DNA of 64,000 bases from Brevinematales bacterium (GTDB lineage: Bacteria > Spirochaetota > Brevinematia > Brevinematales > JAOACQ01), in assembly GCA_020052515.1 (NCBI GenBank), contig JAGVOW010000061.1, positions 8,685 to 72,684 of the forward strand, read 5' to 3'. Shown in pieces: positions 9,634-19,422 of the stretch (position 1 is its first letter; each line of letters opens with the position of its first letter). A model generated the notes under the pieces. That model had not been told where the DNA came from, did no database searches, and saw only the letters and a list, made by a program, of their open reading frames with translations. The position numbers were made by a program, and so were the translations under genes.

Positions 9634-12600
9634 ATGAAAAGAAAAATAAAGAAACTTACTTTTCTTGCTTTGATATTGTTTATTCTTTATCTGTCACTAA
9701 CAGCTGTTTTCGAATGGCTCCTTTATCAAAACAAAGCCTGGATAGAAAAAGAAGCCGCTAAAGCCTTGAACGCTGAATCTGTAAACATAGGTGGATTTTT
9801 TAACATCCCTTTTATAAATTTTTCTTTATTCAAAGTAGAAGTAAAAAAAAGCAAGATAGGAAATATAGAAATCAATAAGATTGATGTTTATTACAATCCG
9901 TTTACAATTCTTTTTCAAGGCGCCGCCTCTTCTATTTATTCCATTGGTGCCGATCAGGCGTTCATAAATGCTTCCTTGAAAGACGCTTTAACCTTTTCAA
10001 AAGAAATTAAAAGCCGTTTGTCTCAAGAAACAAATCCTGCTATTTCCGCCTGGAATATCCGCTTATTCATCCAGCAGCTATCCTTAAGCAGCGCGCTTAT
10101 TGATCCCATAGAGCATGTTTTGAAATTCCACCGGCTTGATCTGGTATTAAATAAAAATTTTTTGTTTATTCATTCGGATGTTTTTACTGACCTGCATGCT
10201 TTAAAACAAATTGATTATTTTTACAGTGCTTTTACGCTGGATTTTCATTACCAGATTTCCAATAAAAAAGGGACTGGAAGCCTATTTTTTCAAGCCCTTA
10301 ATTTCGGCGGTATTTCCCTGGCAGAAAACCAGCGATTGGGGTTTTCTTTGGATAAAACGCTCTCTATTTCCACCAGCAATTCTATCTTTTCGAATCGGAT
10401 TCAAAAAGATGAAAAAGGATTTTCAATTCGACTGTCCGAAGAATTTACTCTGGATTATCAGAAATTTAAAGAATTTTATTTCTTTGAGCATTTATTTGAG
10501 CCGGGAAAGTACCGCTTAAACTTCTCGGCAGATTTGATCCCGGGAGGAAAATTAGAAGCGGATATTCGCGGATTGGAGAAAAAAAAGAATCAGCTTCACC
10601 TTCAAATAAGAGATATCGGTGATAAATTCGCTCTGGCCAATCAAATCTCCAGCGGAAAATTTGGGTGGGCTAATCTGGACATAAAATTGGCGAAAAACAA
10701 TTTTCAGCCTTCCGGTATTGCCTCTTTTAGCAACTTTCCCATCCTGGACGGCCTTAACATCACAGGAGATTTTACCATGGCGGCTAGAGGCGCTTTTTTC
10801 AGCATTTTTGGCCAGGATGTTCGAATCAACGGAGGGTTTATAGGAAACGCTTTCTCCATCGCTAAAATGGACACGGAAGGAATTCAATTTTATTCGCCAA
10901 AAGAAGAATACAACGCATCGGTAAGAGGAAATATCAATCTGGACAACTATGAGGTATTTGTTGAAGCAAAAAACGTCACGGGCCAGGCTGTAGTCAGCAA
11001 TATTTATTTCGACGTTTTGGGAATCGGGAAAGGTGTTTATGACGGCATTATGCGTATTTATCCGCAAAACAAGCTGCCTTCTATCGAAGCTGAAATCACG
11101 GGCTTTCGGAAGATGAAAGAAGGCGTTAAGAAAAAAACAGTGGAAGCGGCTTTTTCTTTTCGGGATAATGTGCTTCAATTTTCAAAGATCCATTTTTTAG
11201 AAGATCGCCTCAACTTTAAACTCGGCCTTAATTTACTCTATCCTCAAAAACAATTTCTGGATATCGATATTACTGGCAGTTTGAATTATAGAAACAGGTA
11301 TAATCTTCCCGTTTCAGGGAAAGTCCATGTGGATTATGGTGAAAAGCTTGCTTCAGGCATTTTTAATCTGGATAAAAACATCGAATTCAGTGTGGAAAAC
11401 TCGGGGGGAAATTCATCCTACAAAATCGATATTCAAAAATATTCTTTGCAAAGAATTGGGCTGGCTGGTATTCTGAATTTTAATTTTTCCACAACACTTT
11501 CCAACAATCAAATAGAACTGATACAAATTCATTCGGATTATTTGGCCGGCTTTACACTTTCCACAAACAATAGCCTGAAAAACAAAAGATTTTCCTTTAA
11601 TATGAAAGCAAAGAAGAAAAATGAGGCTCTTAACCTGGAACGTTTTAGTCTGGATACACAGGATGACCAGCTATTCGGTTTCGGCCAGATCAAACAGTAT
11701 GGGAGTTTTTTATCCGGCAAAGTTTCGTTTCTCAGAGGCGGTGGGATTGATTTTACTTCTTCTTTTGAAGAACTGACAGCTTCTGTTAATTTGAAAAACA
11801 TTCTTTTAAAAGACTTTATTGCCGAAAAGGAAGACATTTCTTTGTCCCTTTCTTTGTCGCTTTCTGGCCCTTTGGTTTTCCCCAACTTCTCAGGAAACCT
11901 AAAAATTGCCAGCACAGCAAACGCGCCCAGGCTGGAACTGGAAGCAAAAAATATTTCCTACATAGATCATGAAATACACATAAAAGGCCTACATTTTCTA
12001 AATTCTGATAATACTGTCGATATGAATTCAAAAATACGCTTTGATGAGGACAATCTCTTCATTTCAGCGGATGGAAATTTTTCATTTTACGACAGTCTGA
12101 AAGGAGCTTTTGCGGGAGAATATACCGCAGAAACAAACAGAAAAAATCTTTCTTATACGATTTCTTCCCTGAAAGCATCCAGGAAAAATTTAAAGGATAT
12201 CTCCGGCAGTATACAATTTGACTCCGGAAGGTGGAACTTCACAAGAAGAGGCGATGCCGGCCTGGTAGGGTTCTTCTCTTTTGGCCAGGTATCTAAACAA
12301 TGGAAAATTGATTTTGCCCAAAGGGATATTTCCTGCCGTTTTACCGGGGAAACAAAAAAAGGAATTCTTTCAGCGGAAGCGCTTTTGGATTTTCCTTTAG
12401 AAATTATTTCTTACAAAGACATTGTCAAGGACCTAAAAGGAAACGCAAAAATAGCCCTGAAGTTGAATGGGCCTGAAGATTCGCCGCTGATAGATGGTTT
12501 AATTCAAGTCTACCACGTCAATTTTTCTATTCCTAACATGAACACTCGTTTAAGCGATCTGAGTATCACTACCCCTATTATTAAAAACAAGTTGATTCTT

Positions 12601-13764
12601 CAAAATGCCATGATCCCTACTTCTACCGGTAATTTTGTTGCTAACGGCTATCTGGATTTCAGCGACCTCAAATCTCCTTATCTCAACGCGAACATTGTCT
12701 CTGAAACCAACCAGAGGGCTTATTTGGACTTTAACATAAACTACCCTTCAGTAAAACTGGGAGGGAATTTAATCGTGAAAAAAGGCGCCATCGCTGGCAA
12801 TCTGCAATCACTAATGGTAGAAGGGGAAATAATAGCGGAAAACAATTTGCTTTTTTTATCCATCAATCCTGTAGAAGACAATGTCAATAAAAATGGAATA
12901 TTTGAAAACATTAACTGGAACGTAACGGTCAAAATGAGCGATGGCGTCAAATTCGCGAATGAATTTGTGGATGGAATACTGAAGAAAGACGATATCATTA
13001 TCGTACTAGGCTCCTTCAGAAACAATACTTTTACTATTAAAGGCAATGTTGGAATTTACCAGGGAACGCTCAATTATCTGGGCAGGTCTTTTTCTGTAAA
13101 GGAAGGATCCGCTACATTTAACGGTGTACCGGGTGACCCCATGCCTTACGTTGTTCTGAACAGCGTTTATCTCTATAAAGATGAGACTGGAGGAAATGTA
13201 AACATTTATTTGACCTTTGAGGGAAAAGCCCCTAAAATAATCATGCGTGATTTTTACTCAAATCCTGCCAGAAACAGAAATGAGCTTAATGCCGTATTGG
13301 GACTGGGAATGGCAAGCGCCCCATCGTCCAGCAATCAGGTAGTAAATGCTCAGGCTCAACAGCTTCTCTGGAGTAGCGTCAATGTGGCAGAGAATGTGTG
13401 GATCATCAGTCCTTTGAGTATGGATATAAAACGCCGTCTGGGATTGGACCTTTTTAATATCCGCACAGGATTGATTGAGAATTGGACAAAAAAATACGTA
13501 ATGGGTGATACAAACGTTAATATCTGGGAAGGAACCACTCTTTCCGTAGGTAAATTTATCCTGCCCAGCCTCTTTTTTGAGTATGGATTGACGATTTCAC
13601 GCAGCCCTTTTTCTTCATTGGATCTTGTACCGCTTCATTCTTTCGGCCTTCAATATGATTTCAATTTATTTGATCTCGGCTGGAAAATGCAGCAGATTGC
13701 AGAGGAAGGCAAAGGTTTAAAATACGAACAATTATTACAATTAAATTTCAATAGAAGGTTTTAA
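9634..13764 (+). CDS. TamB/AsmA-like translocation and assembly module protein (DUF490 C-terminus)
   Basis: N-terminal TM anchor and long beta-rich body. C-terminal 'GTLNYLGRSFSVKEGSATFNG..DP.P' and 'TLSVGKFI' motifs. Directly upstream of bamA. Confidence 0.8.
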   Translation: MKRKIKKLTFLALILFILYLSLTAVFEWLLYQNKAWIEKEAAKALNAESVNIGGFFNIPFINFSLFKVEVKKSKIGNIEINKIDVYYNPFTILFQGAASSIYSIGADQAFINASLKDALTFSKEIKSRLSQETNPAISAWNIRLFIQQLSLSSALIDPIEHVLKFHRLDLVLNKNFLFIHSDVFTDLHALKQIDYFYSAFTLDFHYQISNKKGTGSLFFQALNFGGISLAENQRLGFSLDKTLSISTSNSIFSNRIQKDEKGFSIRLSEEFTLDYQKFKEFYFFEHLFEPGKYRLNFSADLIPGGKLEADIRGLEKKKNQLHLQIRDIGDKFALANQISSGKFGWANLDIKLAKNNFQPSGIASFSNFPILDGLNITGDFTMAARGAFFSIFGQDVRINGGFIGNAFSIAKMDTEGIQFYSPKEEYNASVRGNINLDNYEVFVEAKNVTGQAVVSNIYFDVLGIGKGVYDGIMRIYPQNKLPSIEAEITGFRKMKEGVKKKTVEAAFSFRDNVLQFSKIHFLEDRLNFKLGLNLLYPQKQFLDIDITGSLNYRNRYNLPVSGKVHVDYGEKLASGIFNLDKNIEFSVENSGGNSSYKIDIQKYSLQRIGLAGILNFNFSTTLSNNQIELIQIHSDYLAGFTLSTNNSLKNKRFSFNMKAKKKNEALNLERFSLDTQDDQLFGFGQIKQYGSFLSGKVSFLRGGGIDFTSSFEELTASVNLKNILLKDFIAEKEDISLSLSLSLSGPLVFPNFSGNLKIASTANAPRLELEAKNISYIDHEIHIKGLHFLNSDNTVDMNSKIRFDEDNLFISADGNFSFYDSLKGAFAGEYTAETNRKNLSYTISSLKASRKNLKDISGSIQFDSGRWNFTRRGDAGLVGFFSFGQVSKQWKIDFAQRDISCRFTGETKKGILSAEALLDFPLEIISYKDIVKDLKGNAKIALKLNGPEDSPLIDGLIQVYHVNFSIPNMNTRLSDLSITTPIIKNKLILQNAMIPTSTGNFVANGYLDFSDLKSPYLNANIVSETNQRAYLDFNINYPSVKLGGNLIVKKGAIAGNLQSLMVEGEIIAENNLLFLSINPVEDNVNKNGIFENINWNVTVKMSDGVKFANEFVDGILKKDDIIIVLGSFRNNTFTIKGNVGIYQGTLNYLGRSFSVKEGSATFNGVPGDPMPYVVLNSVYLYKDETGGNVNIYLTFEGKAPKIIMRDFYSNPARNRNELNAVLGLGMASAPSSSNQVVNAQAQQLLWSSVNVAENVWIISPLSMDIKRRLGLDLFNIRTGLIENWTKKYVMGDTNVNIWEGTTLSVGKFILPSLFFEYGLTISRSPFSSLDLVPLHSFGLQYDFNLFDLGWKMQQIAEEGKGLKYEQLLQLNFNRRF

Positions 13765-13782
13765 AAAAACTAAGGGGAAAAT

Positions 13783-16221
13783 ATGGTTAGGAAAATTACT
13801 ATCAGCGTTCTATCTCTATTAGCGGTTGCTCAAATTTACATGCACTCCGAGGATCGCATTTTTAACAATCCAAAGATTAAAGACATTCAGTTTACAGGGC
13901 TTATTAATACGCATCCGGAAGAAGCAAAGCAGTGGATCGCTTTTAAAATAGGAGACAATCTGTCGGAAAGAAACATCAATGAATCTTTAAAAAAGCTTTT
14001 TTCACTGGATATTTTTAAAGACGCAAAGGTACAATTAACAGAAGATACAAACGGCCTCATCGTAACTTTTGTCGTGGTTGAAAATGCTTATATCCGCCAT
14101 ATCGAGTACCATGGAAATATAAACATCCGAAAAGAAGACCTGGACAAAGAAATCGAATTTACTGAAAACTCTTATTTTACAAAGGCTAAATTAAACAAAT
14201 CGATAAACGCCATTACAAAAAAATATATAGAAGATGGCTTTATCGATATTTCTGTATCTTACAGCCTAAAAGTAGTGGATGTAGTAAAAAACATTTATGA
14301 TTTAAGTTTCAAGATAAATGAAGGCAAGAAAGTTGTCGTAGAAAGAGTTGATATTAACGGCTCAAAAGAAGTGCCTGTGGGTGACATAAAAGGTATTATG
14401 AAAACAAAAGAAAGTTTCTGGATTTTTGTTCCCGGTGTTTTAAAGGAAGAAGAGTTCAGGGAAGACAAGCAAAAAATAATGGATCTTTACAACCAGCGCG
14501 GTTTTATGGATGTGGATATCAAAAGTTTTGAATGGAAGATAGACACTCTGGGCCAGGATAAACACAAAGCAATTGTTGTTTCAATTGAGCTGGTAGAAGG
14601 CAGTAAATACCTTACTGGCAAGACAACAATGAAGGGAAACTCAATTTTTTCTACCGAAGAATTAAGCGGTTTATTAACCTCCAAAGAAGGCGATACTTAT
14701 GACCGAATTAGAATGGATATGATCCGTATGGCTATTTACAACAAATACAGCGACAATGGCCACTTATACGCAAATGTTTCCTTGGTTATGAATAAAAACA
14801 TTACTAACCGGGTAATTGATTCCGAGTTTGTTATAACAGAAGGCCCAAAGGCCCATATTGAAAAAGCAACTGTTTCAGGCAATACAAAAACTCAGGCCTA
14901 TGTGATAGAAAGGGAATTTCTTTTCAAAGAGGGAGAGCTTTATGTTCAGCGCAAGGTCAGGCAGACTTATGAGACGCTGATGCAGCTCCAGTATTTCTCG
15001 GATGTAAAATTCACCCCCTACCCGGGAAGTTCAGAAGGCCTGATTAATCTGGACGTGGAAGTAGAGGAGCAAAGAACAGGAATATTCACAGTCAGTCTTG
15101 GTTATGGAACCGAGAGCGGCTTTAATGTCGGAGCAAGTGTTTCCGAGAAAAATCTTTTTGGAACAGGAAAAGTGGTTTCTTTGAAGGGAGAATGGGGCCA
15201 GAAGCGCCAGCTCATCGAGGTCTCCTTCCAGGAACCATGGCTACAGTGGTTTAAAGAACGGACATCCGCTGGAATTTCCCTTTCTTACGCCCGCTATTTG
15301 TATGACAATATTCCTGCCGACAACAACGGAGACGGCATCATTGATGGAACGGACCTGAATTATATTAACACCCCCTCTCAAACCTTGAGCACTTATACTT
15401 CTACGAACAGCTACACCCACGAAGTAATAGGCCTTGGCTTGAATTTGGGCCGGCGTCTTGCTGTTTATTGGTCGGGCTCATTGGGCTTCGGAATGTCAAT
15501 ATTCCGGGACAGTCTCGCAAATTTCAACAATCCTCTCTATTATTCCACCACCTGGCAGACAAATACCGCTTTGATAGACTCGCTTAATAAGCCGAATTTT
15601 ACTTTTAAAAACAATCTGAGCCTGGGTATCAATCAAAATTCCACAGACAATCCCCTGAATGCTACTTACGGAAGTGTTTTCAGCTTTGACCTGGTTTATT
15701 TCGGCGGAATCGTCGGAGGTGACTCTCAGTTTATTAGGCCGCATCTCTCCTTTGACTATTACTGGAACCCCATCTGGAAAATTGTGCTGGCTTTCCATGG
15801 CTCCGCGGATGTTATGCTGCCTCAGCTGGATGGAAAATTTGCTTATGACTCTTCTGATCTGCTCTATTTTGACGGAATGTATGAAATGCGCGGTTGGCAG
15901 TCCTATCCGATCAGAGGGCAGATCAAGAACTTCTACAGCTCCGAACTCCGGTTCCAGATCTATCAGGAAATCTGGGGCGCCTTTTTCTATGATATGGGCA
16001 ACCTATGGACAACTTACAAGGGTTGGACGCCATTCGGTGGAGATGGATATATCTACAGTTTTGGATTGGGCATAAAAATCAATATACCAATGATTCCTAT
16101 CCGGTTCTATCTTGCTAAAAGAGGATACTATGATTCACCTACCAGGCAATGGTTATTTACGGGTAAGCAGGAATTCTTCAGTGATTGGCAGCCCGTGCTG
16201 ACGATACAAGGACTTTTTTAA
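13783..16221 (+). CDS. bamA: Outer membrane protein assembly factor BamA
   Basis: POTRA repeats (GNTKT..VIERE, L.YF.DV), EEQRTG..SLGYG, SEKNLFGTG, FQEPW, loop-6 MRGW, C-terminal F. Confidence 0.95.
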   Translation: MVRKITISVLSLLAVAQIYMHSEDRIFNNPKIKDIQFTGLINTHPEEAKQWIAFKIGDNLSERNINESLKKLFSLDIFKDAKVQLTEDTNGLIVTFVVVENAYIRHIEYHGNINIRKEDLDKEIEFTENSYFTKAKLNKSINAITKKYIEDGFIDISVSYSLKVVDVVKNIYDLSFKINEGKKVVVERVDINGSKEVPVGDIKGIMKTKESFWIFVPGVLKEEEFREDKQKIMDLYNQRGFMDVDIKSFEWKIDTLGQDKHKAIVVSIELVEGSKYLTGKTTMKGNSIFSTEELSGLLTSKEGDTYDRIRMDMIRMAIYNKYSDNGHLYANVSLVMNKNITNRVIDSEFVITEGPKAHIEKATVSGNTKTQAYVIEREFLFKEGELYVQRKVRQTYETLMQLQYFSDVKFTPYPGSSEGLINLDVEVEEQRTGIFTVSLGYGTESGFNVGASVSEKNLFGTGKVVSLKGEWGQKRQLIEVSFQEPWLQWFKERTSAGISLSYARYLYDNIPADNNGDGIIDGTDLNYINTPSQTLSTYTSTNSYTHEVIGLGLNLGRRLAVYWSGSLGFGMSIFRDSLANFNNPLYYSTTWQTNTALIDSLNKPNFTFKNNLSLGINQNSTDNPLNATYGSVFSFDLVYFGGIVGGDSQFIRPHLSFDYYWNPIWKIVLAFHGSADVMLPQLDGKFAYDSSDLLYFDGMYEMRGWQSYPIRGQIKNFYSSELRFQIYQEIWGAFFYDMGNLWTTYKGWTPFGGDGYIYSFGLGIKINIPMIPIRFYLAKRGYYDSPTRQWLFTGKQEFFSDWQPVLTIQGLF

Positions 16222-16239
16222 ACAGGAGGCCGATTTATT

Positions 16240-16782
16240 ATGAGAAGAGCATTTTTATTATTATTACCGCTGCTTTTGTTTTTTGCCGGAAATAGTTATG
16301 GTGTACGTTTGACTAAAATAGGCGTGGTGGATGTAGAGGCTGTTTTTAATGCTTATCCGGGGACAGCGGATATTCGCCAAAAATTAAAAGAAGAAAGAGA
16401 TAAATACCAGATAGAAATAGACAAAAAGAAAGAAGAGCTGGCTAAAATGGGAAATGACTATCAAGCTAATTACAGCCGCTTCAACGAAGAAGAAAGACAG
16501 AGAAGGCAGGCGGAAGTCGAATATAAAAAAGAACTTTTGAATGAATTTATTGAGGAAACAAATAAAAAACTGAATGCCCTGAAAGAAGAGCTGACAAAAC
16601 CAATTTATTTAAAAATCCAGGAAGTAATTAAGAGAGTAAGCGCGGAGAAAGGTTTCAGCCTGGTTTTTAGAAAAGGAAGCGATTCTCTGCTCTATTTCAA
16701 TAATAGCGAAGCTGACCTGGATTTGACCAAAGATATTGTTAGCAGGATTTCAAAAGAATTATCTATCGAGCAACGCAACTAA
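16240..16782 (+). CDS. skp: OmpH/Skp periplasmic chaperone
   Basis: KIGVVDVEAVF, coiled coil, EKGFSLVF, DLTKDI; follows bamA. Confidence 0.9.
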   Translation: MRRAFLLLLPLLLFFAGNSYGVRLTKIGVVDVEAVFNAYPGTADIRQKLKEERDKYQIEIDKKKEELAKMGNDYQANYSRFNEEERQRRQAEVEYKKELLNEFIEETNKKLNALKEELTKPIYLKIQEVIKRVSAEKGFSLVFRKGSDSLLYFNNSEADLDLTKDIVSRISKELSIEQRN

Positions 16783-16786
16783 TACG

Positions 16787-16820
16787 AAATCCCCCTTTTC
16801 AAAGGGGGCCATGGGGATTT
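16787..16820. repeat. Family C hairpin repeat
   Basis: AAATCCCCCTTTTCAAAGGGGGCCATGGGGATTT, matching 2428-2461. Confidence 0.8.
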
Positions 16821-16893
16821 GGACGCAGAAGCGCGTATCGCTTACTCCAGAAAACTTTTGACAATACACCCGAAGAGGTAAGGGAGAATTTTT

Positions 16894-17376
16894 ATGAAAA
16901 CTCTGGTTGTTTATTACACGAAAAGCGGCTGGACGGAAAAAATAGCCCAGGAGATCGGAAAGTTGACTAAAGGGGAATTAAGAAAGATTGTAGAAATCAA
17001 AAGCAGAAACGGGATATTGGGCTTCATTCGTTCCGGTTTTGAGGCTGTTCGGGGAGCCTTAAGTGAGTTGCGCCCTATGGATTTTAATTTATCCAATTAC
17101 GATCAGGTATTTCTTGGAACCCCGGTCTGGGCCGGAAGCCCAACGCCGGCTGTCAACAGCTTTATCGCAGAAGCCGATTTTAAAGGCAAAAAAGTGGTTT
17201 TATTCCTTATAATGGGAGGAGAGCGCTATGAACGGCCTCTTTCTCTTTTAAAAGAAAAGATCAGAGCAAAGGGAGGGAAAGTCGCCGGCTCATTTGCGAT
17301 ATCTTCTTCCAGGCTCTCTGAAGAACAACTCAAAGAGGAAGTAAAAAGAAACTTGAAAATTGAGGGGGAAATATGA
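16894..17376 (+). CDS. Flavodoxin family protein
   Basis: LVVYYTKSGWT, YDQVFLGTPVWAG, FKGKKVVLF. Confidence 0.85.
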   Translation: MKTLVVYYTKSGWTEKIAQEIGKLTKGELRKIVEIKSRNGILGFIRSGFEAVRGALSELRPMDFNLSNYDQVFLGTPVWAGSPTPAVNSFIAEADFKGKKVVLFLIMGGERYERPLSLLKEKIRAKGGKVAGSFAISSSRLSEEQLKEEVKRNLKIEGEI

Positions 17377-17630
17377 AGAAATCTGTCTGGCTGAAAGTGC
17401 TATTGATCCTTGTTCTGGCGGCAATTATTCTGGCTTTAGTTATTCAAAATCTTGCCATTGCTCCTTTTAACTTTCTTTTCCTTAGTTTTTCCGCTCCTAT
17501 GATCGCGGTTATTTTAATTGCTCTTTTCATTGGTTTTTCTATGGGAATTTTAACTTATACCCTGATCTTTAATAAGGAAAAGAAGCAAACTTCTTCCGCT
17601 CAAAACTCGGTAAATAAGGCCCAAAAGTAA
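17373..17630 (+). CDS. LapA/DUF1049-like small membrane protein
   Basis: Two TM segments with IQN..V.FNFLF..P motif. Confidence 0.7.
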   Translation: MKKSVWLKVLLILVLAAIILALVIQNLAIAPFNFLFLSFSAPMIAVILIALFIGFSMGILTYTLIFNKEKKQTSSAQNSVNKAQK

Positions 17631-17634
17631 ATTT

Positions 17635-18981
17635 ATGCCGAAAACATTCTTTCTCTGCTCTTCCTGCGGTTACAAAACATCAAAGTGGCTGGGCAAATGC
17701 CCGGAATGCGATTCCTGGAATAGTTTCATCGAAGAAATAGAAAATCCCCCTGCCTCAGGAAAACAAGTGTCTACAAAAATTATTTCTCCTGTTTCTATAG
17801 AAAGTGTCCCATACGACGAAAAGGCCCGTTTTTTTACGGGAATCCCCGAATTCGACCGTGTCCTGGGCGGCATCGTGGAAGGACAGGCGATCCTCCTATC
17901 CGGGGAACCGGGGATCGGCAAGTCCACGCTTGTCCTTGGCATTGCCAATAAAATCGCCGAGAAGAAAAAGGTTTTTTATGTAAACGGCGAAGAGTCAAAT
18001 TCCCAGGTAAAGCTTCGAGCGAGAAGAATGAAAACAGAAGAAAAAAATCTTTACCTCTTTTCTGAAAACAAGTTAGACAATATTATCCATGTTTTAAGAA
18101 CGGAAAAACCAGATGCTTTATTTGTTGATTCCATTCAAACTCTTTTCTCCGAGCGTTACGCTTCTCTTCCTGGAAGCCTGGTTCAAATCAGGGAAAGCTG
18201 TCATGAATTGGTCCAATTCTGCAAAAGCGAAAACATCCCCCTCTTTCTGGTCGGCCATATTACCAAAAGCGGCATCATCGCCGGCCCAAAAATTGTGGAG
18301 CACATGGTTGATACGGTGCTCTTTTTAGAATCGGACTCCCGCGGAAATTACCGCATTCTAAGAAGCCTCAAGAACCGCTTTGCCGCTGTGGATGAAGCCG
18401 GATTTTTCACAATGGAAGAAAATGGAATGGAAGGCATTCAAAATATCTCGTGCGCTTTTATTTTTGGCCATGAAAATTCCGCGAGCGGCGTGTCTCTCTA
18501 CCCGCACCTCGAGGGAAACCGGGTTTTCCCGGTTGAAATTCAAGCGCTGGCTGTGCCTTCGCAGTTTAATTATCCAAAAAGGACCGCTGACGGTATGGAT
18601 ACAAACCGCCTATTTATGCTGATCGCCATTATGGAAAAAAGCCTGAAAGTTAACTTCAGCGCCCACGATGTCTACGTTAATGTGACCAGCGGGCTGAAGG
18701 TAAAAGACCCTTCTCTGGACTTATCGGTGATCCTGGCGCTTTATTCTTCATTGAAAGATAAACCTTCACCATTAGACACAGCCGCTTTCGGCGAAGCGGG
18801 GCTTTCCGGCGAGGTCAGGCCTGTCCAAAAGGCGGAAAAGCGCGCTCAGGAAATGGCAAGGCTGGGAATAAAAAGCATTGTTCTGCCTCATTCGGGCAAG
18901 ACTCTGAAAAGCATAGAAAACGCGCGCCTCCTGCCGGTAAAAACCATTACAGAAGCCATCAGCGCCGTCTTTGACTTTTGA
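17635..18981 (+). CDS. radA: DNA repair protein RadA/Sms
   Basis: CxxC..WLGKCPEC zinc finger, GEPGIGKST, GEES, LKNRF, Lon-like C-terminus with GEAGLSGEVR. Confidence 0.96.
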   Translation: MPKTFFLCSSCGYKTSKWLGKCPECDSWNSFIEEIENPPASGKQVSTKIISPVSIESVPYDEKARFFTGIPEFDRVLGGIVEGQAILLSGEPGIGKSTLVLGIANKIAEKKKVFYVNGEESNSQVKLRARRMKTEEKNLYLFSENKLDNIIHVLRTEKPDALFVDSIQTLFSERYASLPGSLVQIRESCHELVQFCKSENIPLFLVGHITKSGIIAGPKIVEHMVDTVLFLESDSRGNYRILRSLKNRFAAVDEAGFFTMEENGMEGIQNISCAFIFGHENSASGVSLYPHLEGNRVFPVEIQALAVPSQFNYPKRTADGMDTNRLFMLIAIMEKSLKVNFSAHDVYVNVTSGLKVKDPSLDLSVILALYSSLKDKPSPLDTAAFGEAGLSGEVRPVQKAEKRAQEMARLGIKSIVLPHSGKTLKSIENARLLPVKTITEAISAVFDF

Positions 18982-19008
18982 TTTATTCGTATTTATAATA
19001 ATAAATCA
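18971..19008 (+). promoter_or_regulatory. vapBC promoter with overlapping inverted-repeat operator
   Basis: TTGACT-N17-TATAAT. TGATTTATT-N12-AATAAATCA inverted repeat brackets the -10 box. Confidence 0.7.
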
Positions 19009-19042
19009 TTCAAAAAGATAAAACTATTTTGGAGAGGTTTCT

Positions 19043-19309
19043 ATGATTGAGATGACTTTAAAACTAGAAGAGGAAAAATTAGATAGCCTGATGAAAATTT
19101 ATCATACCAAAAACCAGAATGAAGCTGTAGAAAAAGCGATTGAAGAAGCTTATAAAAAATCTTTATTTCAGTCTCTTTTAAATTTAAAAGGTAAAGTAAA
19201 ATGGGAAGGGAAGCTGGAAGACATGCGGAGCCAGGTAAAACCTATATACATGCCGCTGATATTTACAGGAAATGCAGAAAAAAAGGACAGACCATACGGA
19301 AAACCATAG
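19043..19309 (+). CDS. VapB-type antitoxin (DUF2191-like), stop lost and read through into the vapC remnant
   Basis: MTLKLEEE..EAVEKAIEE..LLNLKGKVKWEGKLEDMR is a typical VapB ending. The last ~25 aa are out-of-frame vapC DNA. Confidence 0.7.
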   Translation: MIEMTLKLEEEKLDSLMKIYHTKNQNEAVEKAIEEAYKKSLFQSLLNLKGKVKWEGKLEDMRSQVKPIYMPLIFTGNAEKKDRPYGKP

Positions 19310-19422
19310 ACTGTATTATTGCCGCAATTTGTATAGAGAATGGTGTTGCTTTGCTTCATAATGACAAAGATTTTGATTTCATTGCAAGCAATTCGGAATT
19401 GAAAGTAGTCCAGGATTATTGA
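19228..19422 (+). pseudogene. VapC/PIN toxin, C-terminal half only
   Basis: AADIYRKCRKKGQTIRKTIDCIIAAICIEN..LLHNDKDF is present; the N-terminal D-T-S motif and catalytic Glu are absent. Confidence 0.8.

Noticed and set aside
10552-11178. 208-aa antisense ORF in the TamB-like gene, and other long antisense ORFs (e.g. 52196-52834)
   Set aside because: Fully nested opposite well-supported genes, with no protein motifs.
18367-18387. RadA KNRFA instead of KNRFG
   Set aside because: Single conservative change; all other motifs are intact.
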